Assembly: GCA_951406725.2 (NCBI GenBank)
Contig: OX597832.1
Coordinates: 28,334,001-28,398,000 of the forward strand
Source of the DNA: Octopus vulgaris
Taxonomy: Eukaryota
DNA: 64,000 bases
Direction: 5' to 3'
Part shown: positions 39,276 through 52,225 of the stretch, in pieces
Layout of the letters: every line of letters starts with the position of its first letter
How positions within the stretch are numbered: position 1 is the first letter of the stretch
Made by a program: the position numbers and the translations under genes
The notes under the pieces: generated by a model
What the model was told of the DNA's origin: nothing
The model's input: only the letters and a program-made list of their open reading frames with translations
Database searches by the model: none

Positions 39276-39785
39276 GTAGTAATAGTAATAATAATGATAA
39301 TAATAGTAATAGTAGTAGTATAGTAATAATAATAGTAATAATAGTAGTAATAGTAATAATTGTTCTGTTTTATTTGAAACACTGAGTGGAAATACAAGTA
39401 TTGTTCCTGGTTTTCTAAGACAAGGAAATTGGCACAGTTTGGTAAATAGCATTCTGAAATGATTATTTTCAATGTGAAGAAGGAAAGAATTTCAAGGAAA
39501 TACAAACAAGACTAAAAGAGCCGAAGAAGGAATTGGATATTTCTCAAGATGTTATTCCAAACACCAACAGAGATGTCACAACAAATTCTTAGAGTAAATG
39601 TAATTACAGAGAGAATGGAATTGGTCAGGCTGTATATCAAGCGTTGGAGGAACTGCATATGCAGAGAAACTGGGAATCTGCTGGGAATTTTGTCTGACGT
39701 TAATCATAGAACTTGCTCTCCATCTTGCGCCAATAATGGGCAGGAGAAGCGGGACGGAGAGATTAATGCAAAAAATATTACAGTT

Positions 39786-39819
<34 letters not shown>

Positions 39820-39873
39820 ATGAGTGTGCGTGTGTGTGTGTTTGTGTGTGTGTGTATGTGCATGTATGTGTGT

Positions 39874-39905
<32 letters not shown>

Positions 39906-41346
39906 GCCCATGTGTATGTGTGCATGTGTGTGCATGTGTGTATGCATGTGTGACCATATGTGTGTGAATGTGTGTGTGTATGCATGTGTGTATGCATGTG
40001 TGTGTATGCATGTGTGTGTATGCATGTGTGTGTGCATGTGTGTAACCGTGTGTGCATGTGTGTGCCCACATGTGTGTGTGTGCATGTGTGCATGTGTGTG
40101 TGTGTGCATGTATGTGCCCATGTGTGTGTGCATGTATGTGTGCACGTGTGTTCCCATGTGTGTGTGATTGCATGTGTGTGTATGCATGTGCACTCGTGTA
40201 TGTGCATGCATGTATGTGTGCCCATGTGTGTGTGTGTGCATGTATGCTCATGTATGTGCATGCATGTATGTGTGTATGTGTGCCCATGTGTGTGTGCATG
40301 CATGTGCACTCATGTATGTGTGTGCATGTATGTGTACCTATGTTTGTGTATGTGTGTGTGTTTGTATGAGCATTTGTGTGGGGAAGTGTTTGTGTGTATG
40401 TATCTTTGTGAGCATTTGTGTATGTATGTGCATGTGAGTGTGTGCGTATCTGTGCATGTCTGTCCGTTTGTATGAGTGTGTTTTTGTGTGTATGTGTATA
40501 TCTGTGTGCGTGCATGTGTGACTGTGTGTGTGAACATGCATGAGTGTGTGTGTGTGTGTGTGTTCATGTGTGTATTTAATAGATGTTCATTTGATACTTT
40601 GGATTCTTCCATAGTGAAGGTGAAGAAAAGGGAAACATTATGAGAGAGAGAGAGAGAGAGAAAGAGAAAAGAGAAAGAGAGAGACAGAGAGAGAGAGAGA
40701 GAAGAAAGAAAGAGAGAGAGAGAAGAAAGAAAGAGAGAGAGAGGAAGAGAGAGAAAGAAGAAAGAAAGAGAGAGAGATAAAGAGAGAGAAAGGAAGAGAG
40801 AGCGAGAGAAAGGCGAGAGAGAGAGAGAGAGAAAGAGAGAGAAAAGGAGAGAGAGAGAGAAAGGAAGAGAGAGAGAGAGAAAGAAAGGTGAGAGAAAGAA
40901 AGAGAGAGAAAGGCATAGACAGAAAGCGAAAGATGAAACGATGATCACTTGATGTCTATTTGATTATTAACGATGTTGGAAATGTAACAACACCCCCCTG
41001 CCCCACCTCCACATAACATGTCTCTCACCTCAATTATAACACCTGTACAACCTCCATCCACGCCTCCAACACCACCACCGCCACCACCATATGACACCTC
41101 TATACTTGTTATATGATTGATCATAAGTCTGTCACTGGAGCAGGACTCACCTGGGATTAGACGATAATGTCCACTCACCTGGACAGGCTCACAAATTGGA
41201 TTCGATTCGATTCCAAACAGTTGTGGTCGTCACATAATGGTTAATTATCCAGTTTTTGCAGCTGCTGTTGTTGTTTAGCCCTGGGTCGGTAATGGTCCAG
41301 CAGATCATAGACAATGCAACCGTGACCATCCTGTCTTTTGCACATA

Positions 41347-41769
41347 CTCTTTTAATCTTTTTTATTTGTTTCAGTCATGTAACTGTGGCCATGCTGGAGC
41401 ACCACCTTTAGTCGAGCAAATCGACCCCAGGACTTATGCTTTGTAAGCCTAGTACTTATTCTATCGGATCTCTTTTGCTGAACCGCTAAGTTACGGGGAC
41501 ATAAACACACCAGCATCGGTTGTCAAGCGATGTTGGGGGTACAAACACAGACACACAAACATATACACACATATACATATATATATATATATATATACAT
41601 ATATACGACGGGTTTCTTTCAGTTTCCGTCTACCAAATCCACTCACAAGGCTTTGGTCGGCCCGAGGCTATAATAGAAGACACATGTCCAAGGTGCCACG
41701 CAGTGGGACTGAACCCCGAACCATGTGGTTGGTAAGCAAGCTACTTCGCACACAGCCACTCCTACGCCT
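41347..41769 (-). mobile_element. SINE family B
   Basis: Reverse-complement match to 10941-11340. Confidence 0.85.
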
Positions 41770-42776
41770 ATGTGCAAGAATGCTTTGATCACATGATCAC
41801 TTGGTTGCGAGATTATGGTTTCAACTCCTGAACTAGGTGATGCATTGTGTTCTTGAGCAAGACACTTCATTTCACATTGCTCCAGTCCACTCAGCTGTGT
41901 AAGAAATAACCCTGCGGGGTACTGGTGTCCCATCCAGGGGGAATGTTGTGATCTCAGTCACTTTTACACTACGGAAACCTGGTAACCAGCCCTACGAGTT
42001 CTTTGGTGCAAGACAGGGTCAATGATGATGATGAAAAAAGTTAGGTCATGTGACCATAACTAATTATGAAATCTGCAATGGGAGGGTGGTGAGTGAAGGG
42101 GGGATTGAGGATTTGAGCTAATTGCAGTGAAACACTAATGATCAGACGTTAGTATATTTGTGAAAACATTGATGAGAGGATGATATGGTGAAGTTTGTAT
42201 TTTGCTGAGGAGATCATAATAAGGCTGAAACATATTTAGAGTTGTTTCCCTTTCTGAACGAAATGATTATGGTGATTGAATTAATGTCTTTTTTCCTTCT
42301 TTGTTGCGTTAATACTTTACAACACCACACAGCTGTACGACATCACATCACACCACTATACACCATGTTATACACCTCTGTAATACACCACACGTACGAC
42401 CATACAGCTCGTACCACCACCACCACCACCACTGTAGATGACCTCATATACCAGGCATATGTGAAAGTACGGGGCGGGGGGGAGTCGACTGAGTTAGAGA
42501 AGTGACTGATGACTAATGACTGATGTGACAATTTAATCACAGCTATATGTAACACTGGATATTAAATATGACAGATTAATTACAGCTAAGACATTATCGG
42601 GGTTTGGAACGGTGCCGCCTCCATCCCTCCCTCCCCCCCTCTCCAGCCTCTCCTTTCTTCCTCCTCTTTCTCTCTCTCTCTGGTCTTCGACGGAGCGAAA
42701 AATCTGTGCTGACATAGACATCAATGTGTGTGTGTGTGTGTGTGTGTTTGTGTATGTGTTTGTGCGTGTGTGTGTT

Positions 42777-42828
<52 letters not shown>

Positions 42829-42951
42829 AGAGAGAGAGAGAAAGGAGAGAGAAAGTGAAAGGAAGAGAGAGAGAGGCAGAAAAAGGGAGGGAGGGAGAGA
42901 TAATAATAATAATACATAATGATAATAATAATAATAATAATAATAATAAGG

Positions 42952-43050
<99 letters not shown>

Positions 43051-43480
43051 TGATGATAATAATAATATAATAATAATAATAATAATAATATTAATAAGTA
43101 ATGTCAGAAACAGACAAGTGTTCAATGAAACCTTTATATTAGAAGGGTGTAGAATGTAATGGGTGTATATGTGTGAATGTATGTATAATATGTAAGCATA
43201 TGTGGATGTGTATATAAGTGGATGTGTAGATGTATATATGTGTGTGTGTGTATGTATGTATGTATGAATGTATGTATGTGTATGTGGGTGTGTAAATGTA
43301 TGTGTGCATGTATGTGAGTGTGTATATGCATGTGGGTGTGTATATATGAGTGTATATGTAGGTGTGTGTATATGTGGGTGTTTGTTTAGTTAAGATTTAC
43401 TCCTTTCAATGCATTCCTAAGTGAAGTCACCTGAATCAAATTGCTTTAAATACCTTTAAGTAGGTCATGTGACCTGATGG

Positions 43481-43513
<33 letters not shown>

Positions 43514-43918
43514 TATATGTGTGAGGATATGTCTGTGTGTCTATATGTATGTGAGTATGTGTGTGTGTTTGTGTGTGTATATGGTGTGCGTATGTGTATG
43601 GGCGTATATGCATGTCTGTATGTGAGAGGATATGTGTGTCAATGTGTGCATGAGTATGTGTGTGTTTGTGTGTGTATATGGGCTGTGGGTGTATATATGC
43701 ATGTCTATAAGTGTGAAGGTATGTATGTGTGTGAATGTGTATGTGTGCGTGTGTATGTCTGTATATGCGTGTGTTGGGGTGTATATGCATGTCTGTATGT
43801 GTAAGGGTATGTATGTGCGTCTAAGGGCTGCTATTTCTGGAAACTCAGAAGTGATGTTGGGGGACCCTCGTGAGTAAGTCGGTGCTTGTTCAAAATGTTA
43901 GAAATATATCTCTACAGT

Positions 43919-44255
43919 GAAGGCACATGGCTCAGTGGTTAGAGCATTGGGCTTACAATCATGAGGTAGTGAGTTCGATTCCCAGACAGGGCTGTTGTGT
44001 TGTGTTCTTGAGCAAGACACTTTATTTCACATTGCTCCTGTTCACTCCACTGTTGAAATGAGTTGCAATGTCTCTGCTGCCAAGCTGTATCGGCCCCTTT
44101 GCCTTTCCCTTGGATAACATCAGTGACATGGAGAGGAGAGGCTGGTATGCATGGGTGACAGCTGGTCTTCCATAAACAACGTTACCCGGACTTGTGCCTC
44201 GGAGGGGAACTCTTTTGGTGCAATCCCATGGTCATTCATGACTGAAAAGGGTCTT
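43919..44255 (+). mobile_element. SINE family C
   Basis: Intact tRNA-like head tggctcagtggttagagc...gagttcgattccc. Confidence 0.85.
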
Positions 44256-44858
44256 ATAATTACCATATTCTTTTGTTCTTGGTTGATGGAATTAAAAAAA
44301 AAAAAAACTGAATCTGGTTTTCATTTTGTAGTTATAAGTTTTTGTATTTTACTTATGTTAATTATTTGGAGCATTGACCTTTGACCTACAAATACTCAAC
44401 CACTGACCTGAACAACATTCACTTTGTAACTTTTGGGTAAAAAAGTAGAAATTGAGGAAATAACTGTGGAGAAGGCAGTGGTTTGTGAAATTGGTAAACA
44501 TTACACATTGGTATTTGTTTGCTTGGATAAATTTGAATGATGTGGGAAGGGAAAATGGCAATAATGAGTTGGGGCTGTTGTTTCATTGGATGGATGGATG
44601 GATGGATGGATGGATAAATTGGCAGAGAGGTAGATGGATGGACAGATGGATAGATAGATGGAAGGAAGGATAAATAGATGGATGAATGGATGGAAAGATA
44701 AATATATGAATGGATGGATGGATCTGTATTGATGGACAGATGGATGGTTGGATAGATAGATAGATAGATAGGTAGACGGATAGAAAGACAAAAGGACAAA
44801 TGAATGAACAGAGAAATAGATAGACAGATGGATGAAGAGAGGGAGGGAGAGAGAGTGA

Positions 44859-44924
<66 letters not shown>

Positions 44925-44980
44925 TTCAATCAGATTTTATAGGCAGGAACCCAATTTTCATCAGACAATATAGTACTTAC

Positions 44981-45076
44981 CTGAAAGCTGTTCAAAACCA
45001 ATTGGTACCTGCACACTAGGGGGTGTTGTAGCACCATACATGATCGGATAACTTGGCTCTTTATCCGGAGAGATTG
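44981..45076 (-). CDS. Candidate anoctamin N-terminal exon
   Basis: ttgttgtttcag| ... CAG|GTAAGT (consensus donor), 96 nt. Phase 1-1 reads ISPDKEPSYPIMYGATTPPSVQVPIGFEQLS; phase 0 is also open. Confidence 0.75.
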
Positions 45077-45979
45077 CTGAAACAACAAATATTAAGTAAA
45101 TGTCAGTCAGTATCAAATGCCATTTAGAGCACAAAAGCATTTGGGAGAATCAAACAGAAAATGTCACCCCACCCTCCACCTAACTAAAGTGCAACAGACC
45201 TGTCCAACCCATGTCAACATGGACTAACAACGAGGCTGTTCAGAAATTGAAACTTTAAACTCTTATCTTGGATGCCATCTCCTAATTATGTTGTTGGGAA
45301 GTCAGCATCTTCATCGTTCTCACCAAGGCCATCATCACCATCACCATCATTACCACAACCAGTACTAATTTTTTTAAAACACGGGAAGGTGTAATTTGAG
45401 ATGACTTTGGCTGTGAGTTCTAGCTGGTCAAGCAACCATGTGAAGATTGTACCTGGCGAAGACACGTGATAGTCACATGTGAAATATCCTTAAACAGAGG
45501 TCTGCAAAGTCAAGACTGATTTGGGTCCCTAATAATAACAAAGATAGCCCTTCAGAAGCAGGGCCTACATGTTGTTCTGTAAAACTCATTTAATAACTGA
45601 GCTGTAGATAGCCTACTCAAAGCAGGGTAGTCATATAGCATCAAGAAGTGTCAATATGACCACCCCACTGAGTTGGATTGGTTATTTTTACATGCAAAAT
45701 TCTGATTACGTAAATGTGTCACCACCACAAAAAAAGAATAAAATAATAAAAAAAACACTTTAGCTCTTAAACTTGCCACACTTGACCAAAATATTGTTTT
45801 TGTTTTATGTCCAAACTAGCCAGATCCTGTCTCTCACACATACCCTACAATATCTCTCTACAAATAAACAATAATGACACTGAACTCTCAAAACTATCAG
45901 ATAATGCATGATTAATTGAAAACAATAAGCTTTGGATTTGGCTTGCAAGATTCTTTATATGAGTTCGTGTATTGAAGTA

Positions 45980-46550
45980 TATTCTATTGTGTCTGGGGAG
46001 AGTCATTTTCTTTTTGTGCTTTATTATGTAACACACTCACTGGTAAAATTTTCACGTTTTTCTTATTTTTATTGTCCTAAAATTTTCGTTGCATCTTGCA
46101 ATAGTCAAAACTATTGAAAAGGTTGCAAGATGCAACGAAAATTTTAGGACAATAAAAATAAGAAATAAGTGGAAATTTTAGGACAATAAAAATAAGAAAA
46201 AAAGTGGAAATTTTAGGACAATAAAAATAAGAAAAAAGTGGAAATTTTAGGACAATGAAAATAAGAAAAATGGGGAAATTTTAGAACAAAAAAGAAGAGA
46301 AAAGTGGAAATTTTAGGACAATAAAAATAAGAAAAAGGAGAAATTCTAGGACAATATAAATAAGAAAAAAGTGGAAATTTTAGGACAATAAAAATAAGAA
46401 AAAAGGGGAAATTCTAGGACAATATAAATAAGAAAAAAAAGTGGAAATTTTAGGACAATACAAATAAGAAAAAAGTGAAAATTTTATCGGTGAGTGTGTT
46501 AAATTATAAGGCACAAAAAGAAAATGACTCTCCCCAGACACAACAGAATA
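45980..46550. mobile_element. Inverted-repeat element whose right arm is expanded by an approximately 34-bp tandem array
   Basis: 45980-46100 pairs with 46120-46170 plus 46480-46550; about 10 units of 'aaattttaggacaataaaaataagaaaaaagtgg' at 46138-46485. Confidence 0.7.
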
Positions 46551-46803
46551 AGCTTTGAATTTGATGGGGAAATATGAATACAAATAGGTTAAGAGAGAAA
46601 AATTCAGCTACAAGTGAAATATTTGTCGAAAATACCAACCAACCAACCACATCAGCGATCAGCCATGTCCCACTTCTGACACCCACTCAGTTATGAATTG
46701 TCAAAAAGAAGAAAGCCAGAAAGCAGTCGGTTTAATACACACACTATACACGATATATGCTTTGTGTGGTCTTGATCTCTGGAGGAATAAATGAGGTCAG
46801 CAC

Positions 46804-46817
46804 GGTACCATGGCAAC
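46804..46817. promoter_or_regulatory. RFX X-box-like motif
   Basis: GGTACCATGGCAAC versus consensus GTTGCCATGGCAAC, in non-repetitive sequence 1.7 kb upstream of the 45076 exon; a second match ATTGCTATGGTTAC at 46976-46989. Confidence 0.4.
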
Positions 46818-48889
46818 GAGGTTATTCAATGCAGTGGTTGTGTTTTAGGTGTGGGTCTCTGTTGTTCTGTTCAAAGAAGGAGAGAGAATGGTATCTAGGC
46901 GTCTGTGGGTAACTGTGTCACAAGGCTGGTTTTGTAGAGAGATCATGACAGTGTGTAGGGATGATTGTAGATGTAATTGCTATGGTTACATCAGGCTGTC
47001 AACAATTGGCTCCCTTGAAAGGGTTAACGTGCTGACTCCAGCTACATGCCAATACAAGATTTGAGCTTTGGGTGTCCAGGTTCTTTCCCAGACCTCGGTC
47101 CCTTTAGGTACCAAAAAATGTTTAAGGAAAGAATTGCTCACATTTGAGACAATACGAATTTGTTAAATGTAAAACAACGAAAAAAAGAGCCAGAAAAGGG
47201 CCACATGAGATGAAAAAAAACTTTGAAATAGCTTTATTTGAAAGACGTAGGTATGGTTAAGTAGTTTAGATGTTTGCTCTAAGAGTTCCTGGGTTCAATC
47301 CCCCAGTATGGCATCTTGAGTGTCTTTTATGACAGACACAGGTCAACTCAAATTTTGTGATGGAAACTGTGTGGAAGCCTGTTTAGTGGAAAGAACCAAG
47401 TATCATACTGATTCTGCTTGAAGGTTACATTAAGAAGTGTGTCTGGAATACTCAGCCATTTATATGCTCATTCAATGATTGAATTGATGGAAATCATTGA
47501 AACTGGTGGAGATCCATTTAGAATAATTTTTAAAAAAGAGGCATTTGAAAGAAACTAAACAGAACTTCTGTGAGAGTCCTCTTTACCTCAAGAAGGAGAA
47601 GGGGGAAAGAGAGGAGAAGAAGAAAAAAAAGGAGAAGGAGGAAAAGAAAGAGGAGGAGAAGAAGAAAAAGAAGAAAAAGAAGAAAAAGAAAAAAAGAAGA
47701 AGACAAAGATGACAAAGAAGAAGAAGAAGAAGACGAAGATGAAGAAGAAGTCAGTTTTGAATAAAATTGATGGACCTTTTGAAAGAATTTCAGTCTACGT
47801 ACTCAGGAATTTTTTCATTCCCTCTGGGTTAGGGTTTATTTGTAGCTTATCACATTTAAAGATAAAATGCGAGTTATTTGATCTGTTAAAAATAGCAGCC
47901 AATCTCTTTCATATCACATCTCAATACCCCAATGCCTTAAAAATAAGTTTGTACACCTAAGATGATATAAATCTGATTACTCAAAAACGGGCGAATGATG
48001 ACAGTTGGAATGTCTTTGATCATGCCTCTGCAAAATAAGAACTACATACCACCATCCCTACTACAGTCTTCCAGGGGAGTCTCTAAGTGCTTGTTTGACT
48101 TGATAGAAATAGAAACCAAATCTTCTTAAAATCATCATCATCGTTTAACGTCCATTTTCCATGCTAACATGGGTTGGACGGTACGACCGGGGTCTGGGAA
48201 GCCAGAAGGCTGCACCAGGCTCCAGTCTGATCTGGCAGTGTTTCTACAGTTGGATGCTCTTCCTAACGCCAACCACTCAATGAGTGTAGTGGGTGTTTTT
48301 GACGTGCCACTGGTACAGGTGCCAGGGGAGGCTGGCAGTGGCCATGATCCGTTGGTGCTTTTTACGTGTCACCGGCACAGAAGCCAGTCAAGGCGGCGCT
48401 GGCATCGGCCACGTTAAGATGGTGCTTTTTACGTATCTTACTATTTTGTAAAAGTGAAGGATACATTTGATAATACAGGCCATTTGTATACTCATAAAAA
48501 AGGAGCGATGGTCATGGCTGGAAAGCCTTTCCTCATTGGCCTGGTAGATCAGTGTGGTCCTGGAGCTAAAGAATAATTCCATCCAACGCATACCGATAAT
48601 AGATGGTCACCAAAATACAGGAACTAGAGTTTAACGCTAAGCATGATGGGATAACAAGATATTTCATTACGTATTAAAATGGCTGTCAGCATGTTTGATA
48701 CTCTGAGTTTTTCTAAACCTAACAGATTAAAATATGGGATAAGAAAGTAAAAAAACAAAACAAAAAAAAAATCCCAAATACCTTGTGGTTATATTATTTC
48801 ACTTTTCTGATCAGAATATTCATGATGCATTTGTTTGAGATGTGTGGAATTATCTCCCTTGCTTTCCCAGAAAAAAAAAATGAAAACTG

Positions 48890-49470
48890 GCACTTATTTC
48901 ACTGATCCCTGTGCTTGACTTGTACTTATTTCATCAACCCCAAAAAGATGAAAGGCAAAGTCAACCTTGGTGGGATTTGAACTCAGAATGTAAAGACAGA
49001 ATAAATACTACTACACATTTCATCCACTACGCTAACGACTCTGCCAGCTCACAACCATAAGATAATAATCTTTCCTACTATAGGCACTAGGCCTGAAATT
49101 TTTGGGGGAAGGGCAAGTCAATTAAATCAACCCCAGTGCGTAACTGGTACTTAATTTATCAACCACAAAAGGATGAAAAGCAAAGTTGATCTCGATGGAA
49201 TTTGAACTCAGAACATAGCAGCAGACAAAATACCTGTTTCTTTACTACCCACAGGGGGCTAAACACAGAAGGGACAAACAAGGACAGACAAACGGATTAA
49301 GTCGATTATATCGACCCCAGTGTGTAACTGGTACTTAATTTATTGACCCCGAAAGGACGAAAGGCAAAGTCGACCTCGGCAGAATTTGAACTCAGAACGT
49401 AGCGGCAGATGAAATACCACTCAGCATTTCGCCTGGCGTGCTAACGTTTCTGCCAGCTCACTGCTTTTAC
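48890..49470 (-). mobile_element. SINE family A cluster (dimer plus older copy)
   Basis: Three reverse-complement body matches. Confidence 0.8.
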
Positions 49471-50085
49471 CTTAGGACAATAATAACAACCACACTAATT
49501 TCTTTTACTTTGAAATTGAGGAGAATATTTACTGTTCCACTGTATGTTTTTATACTCTGTTAGCTTTTTAATATTTCATACATTCAATACGTCCCCACCC
49601 ACATATTCATATATTGTAGGTTATATGTCTTAGATGTCATTGTTGAAGACTGGGTCATTTGGTTTTGTATTCAATAAAAAAAAAAGAAATATTGCTTCGC
49701 TGAGTTTAAAGAAAACTAGACAGAAGTAGATATAATATGAATGCCAAGATGGCGATCATGAAAATAATAACAACAACAATAATAATAATAATGATATCTC
49801 TTATAGGTACAAAACCTGAAATTGATAGGTATGGGACAATCCATTGCATTAATCCCAGGGCTCAAGTGATATTTGATTTAATGACCCTGAGAAGATAAAA
49901 GGTAAAGTCAGTCTCTTTGGAATTTGAACTCAGAACACAAAACCAGAAGAATTACCTATAAACATTTCATCCAGTATGTCAAAGATTCTGCCAGCTCACT
50001 GCATTTAATGTTGCTGTTGCTGTTGCTGTAGTAGTAGTAGTAGTAGTAGTAGTAACAACAACAACAACGATAATAATAATAATAA

Positions 50086-50262
50086 AATCATGCCTCCTCA
50101 TTGATATGACTGCCCCAATTGAGATAAATGTATCTGTCAAGACCTATCAAAAACTGAGCAAATATAAAGATCTTGAAATAGGAATAAGCAAAATGTGGAA
50201 CCTCAAGACTAAAACGATACCTGTTGTCATAGGGGCCCTAGGAATAATAGCAAAGGGGCTGA
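50086..50262 (+). mobile_element. R4/Dong-type retrotransposon endonuclease fragment
   Basis: CLLIDMTAPIEINVSVKTYQKLSKYKDLEIGISKMWNLKTKTIPVVIGALG, preceded by AAT repeats. Confidence 0.85.
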
Positions 50263-50564
50263 TTATATATAGCTTTTTAGCTGAGATATGTCAAATTCCA
50301 CTCATTTGTCCCTTATTTCTGTTAGTCCGTTACATATTTTCAGTGAGATTAGTGGTTAAGTTGAAGGTTTTTTTTACTTCCACTAATATAATTAAGAATT
50401 TATATATATATACATGTAGTGAAAATATGTGGAACACAAAAAAAAAAAATTAAAACTATGTGAAATGAAGGCATTTCTCTTCCCCTTTTTTTATATATGT
50501 TTACCCAAAATTTTCACTTCATAATTTTGCCACATGGTATATACCGATTCTCCAGCATTTTTGC

Positions 50565-50603
<39 letters not shown>

Positions 50604-50691
50604 TTCAAATTTACAGAAAACAAAAGATGAAGACAGGTGAAAAAACAACAAGCAGGTGTATTTATTTAACGCTTGAGAAGAATGGAAAAGT

Positions 50692-50726
50692 CTTTGATGT
50701 TTCGAGCCTATGCTCTTTGTCAGAAA
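50692..50726 (-). ncRNA. Degenerate hammerhead motif
   Basis: CTTT-CTGACAA-a GAGC atag GCTC-GAAA-CA-TC-AAAG; stems I and II perfect, two G>A changes at likely CpG sites. Confidence 0.45.
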
Positions 50727-50866
50727 GGATTGGGAGTCAAAAAATGGAGAGAGAATGAAAAAACGAAGAGAGAACGAAAAAATGGAGGGAGAAAAAATGT
50801 GTAGGGATTAATGAATGGTTCAACATGATGAAATGACCCTATATATATATATATATATATATACAT

Positions 50867-51036
50867 AGGTGCAGGAATGGCTGTGTGCTAAGTAGCTTGC
50901 TTACCCACCACATGGTTCCGGGTTCAGTCCCACTGCGTGGCACCTTGGGCAAGTGTTTTCTACTATAGCCTCAGGCTGACCAAAGCCTTATGAGTGGATT
51001 TGATAGACAGAAACTGAAAGAAGTCCGTTGTATATA

Positions 51037-51091
<55 letters not shown>

Positions 51092-51290
51092 ATGTTGTGC
51101 ATCTGTGTTTGTACCCCCAACATTGCTTGACAACTGATGCTGGAGTGTTTAGGTCCCCGCAACTTAGCGGATCGGCAAAAGAGACCGATAGAATAAGTAC
51201 TAGGCTTACAAAGTCCTGGGGTCGATTTGATTCGACTAAAGGCGCTGCTCCAGCATGGCCACAGTCAAATGACTGAAACAAGTAAAAGAA
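50867..51290 (+). mobile_element. SINE family B
   Basis: Full-length match to 10941-11340. Confidence 0.85.
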
Positions 51291-51849
51291 GAGAAACAGA
51301 AAAAGAAGAACACACTGTGATGTGTGTGGTGTTTGTGTTGTATGTATGTATGTATGTATATGAGTGTGTATGTGGTATACATACACACTCATACACCACC
51401 ACCACCACCGTCACCATCACCACCGCCACCACCATCACCATGTCTTTCACTTTTATGGTGTATATATGACATTAATATCTATTTGAGTTATCCACTGTGA
51501 AATACATATTTTCTTGTATTTAGTGAAGCAAGCACAGCAAAATACGTTTATATTCATTAATTTATATATTATAAATACAGATGACTCATTCCAGATAAGC
51601 GTGGGTAGACAATGTCTGTAAATTCTGACATTTGATAAGTAAGAGGAATTCTTAAGGTTTCTATATATCATGTAGGTGGTTGTTCCCATCGTTGACCTCT
51701 TAGCCTGAGATAACAGAGGAGTGGTACCTGTTGTTGTGGTGGTGGTTGTCCTGCCCCGGGAAGGCTCTAACCAAGTACATCTACAATCAAAAGTATTCCA
51801 TCCATGACCAACCTGTATGTTCCCACATTGGGTAATTACATCTGCATTA

Positions 51850-52066
51850 TTAAACTCTTTAGCATTTAATCTGGCCCAGGTATTCTACCTGTTTTATGTT
51901 AAAACTGACCTGATCCAGCCTTTCACACCTACCCTACAATGTCATTCTAAAAATATGAAAACATACCATTGAAATTTTGAATCTACAAGATAAAGCATGG
52001 TTTATTCAAAACAATGAGAATAAATAATCATTATATTTGACAGAGTAATCTGAATGCTAAAAGGAA
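51850..52066. mobile_element. Degenerate piggyBac-like MITE (related fragment at about 45755-45930)
   Basis: Ends ttaaactctttagcatt ... aatgctaaaagg resemble TTAA-CCCTTTAGCATT TIRs; the interior 'cacacctaccctacaat' is shared with 45835-45851. Confidence 0.45.
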
Positions 52067-52186
52067 ATATTTTCATCCTATTGGCCCATTTGAAGAATTT
52101 TTCATAATACCCTATTTCTTATATCAATCACTACAATACAAAATTTTAAAAATCCTTTATCACTTGATCACAGTAGTAGATTATGC

Positions 52187-52225
52187 TAAACTGATGAGGT
52201 CTAATAAGACTAAAGCATGTCACTA
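52187..52225 (+). ncRNA. Degenerate hammerhead-like motif
   Basis: CTGATGA-gGTC taataa GACt-aaag-CATG-TC; the GAAA box is damaged. Confidence 0.35.

Noticed and set aside
43919-43995. tRNA genes
   Set aside because: The A/B-box segments continue into multi-copy SINE bodies and lack a clean acceptor stem, so they are SINE heads.
46138-46485. CRISPR-like regularly spaced repeats (also 27150-27575)
   Set aside because: No unique spacers, no cas genes, eukaryotic context; these are tandem arrays.
47570-47764. Arg/Lys/Glu-rich protamine-like ORF
   Set aside because: Purine-rich (GAA/GA)n low-complexity tract.
51453-51705. Acceptor-like site and 78-aa ORF on minus (similar case at about 53840-53880)
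   Set aside because: No homology or supporting exon chain recognised.
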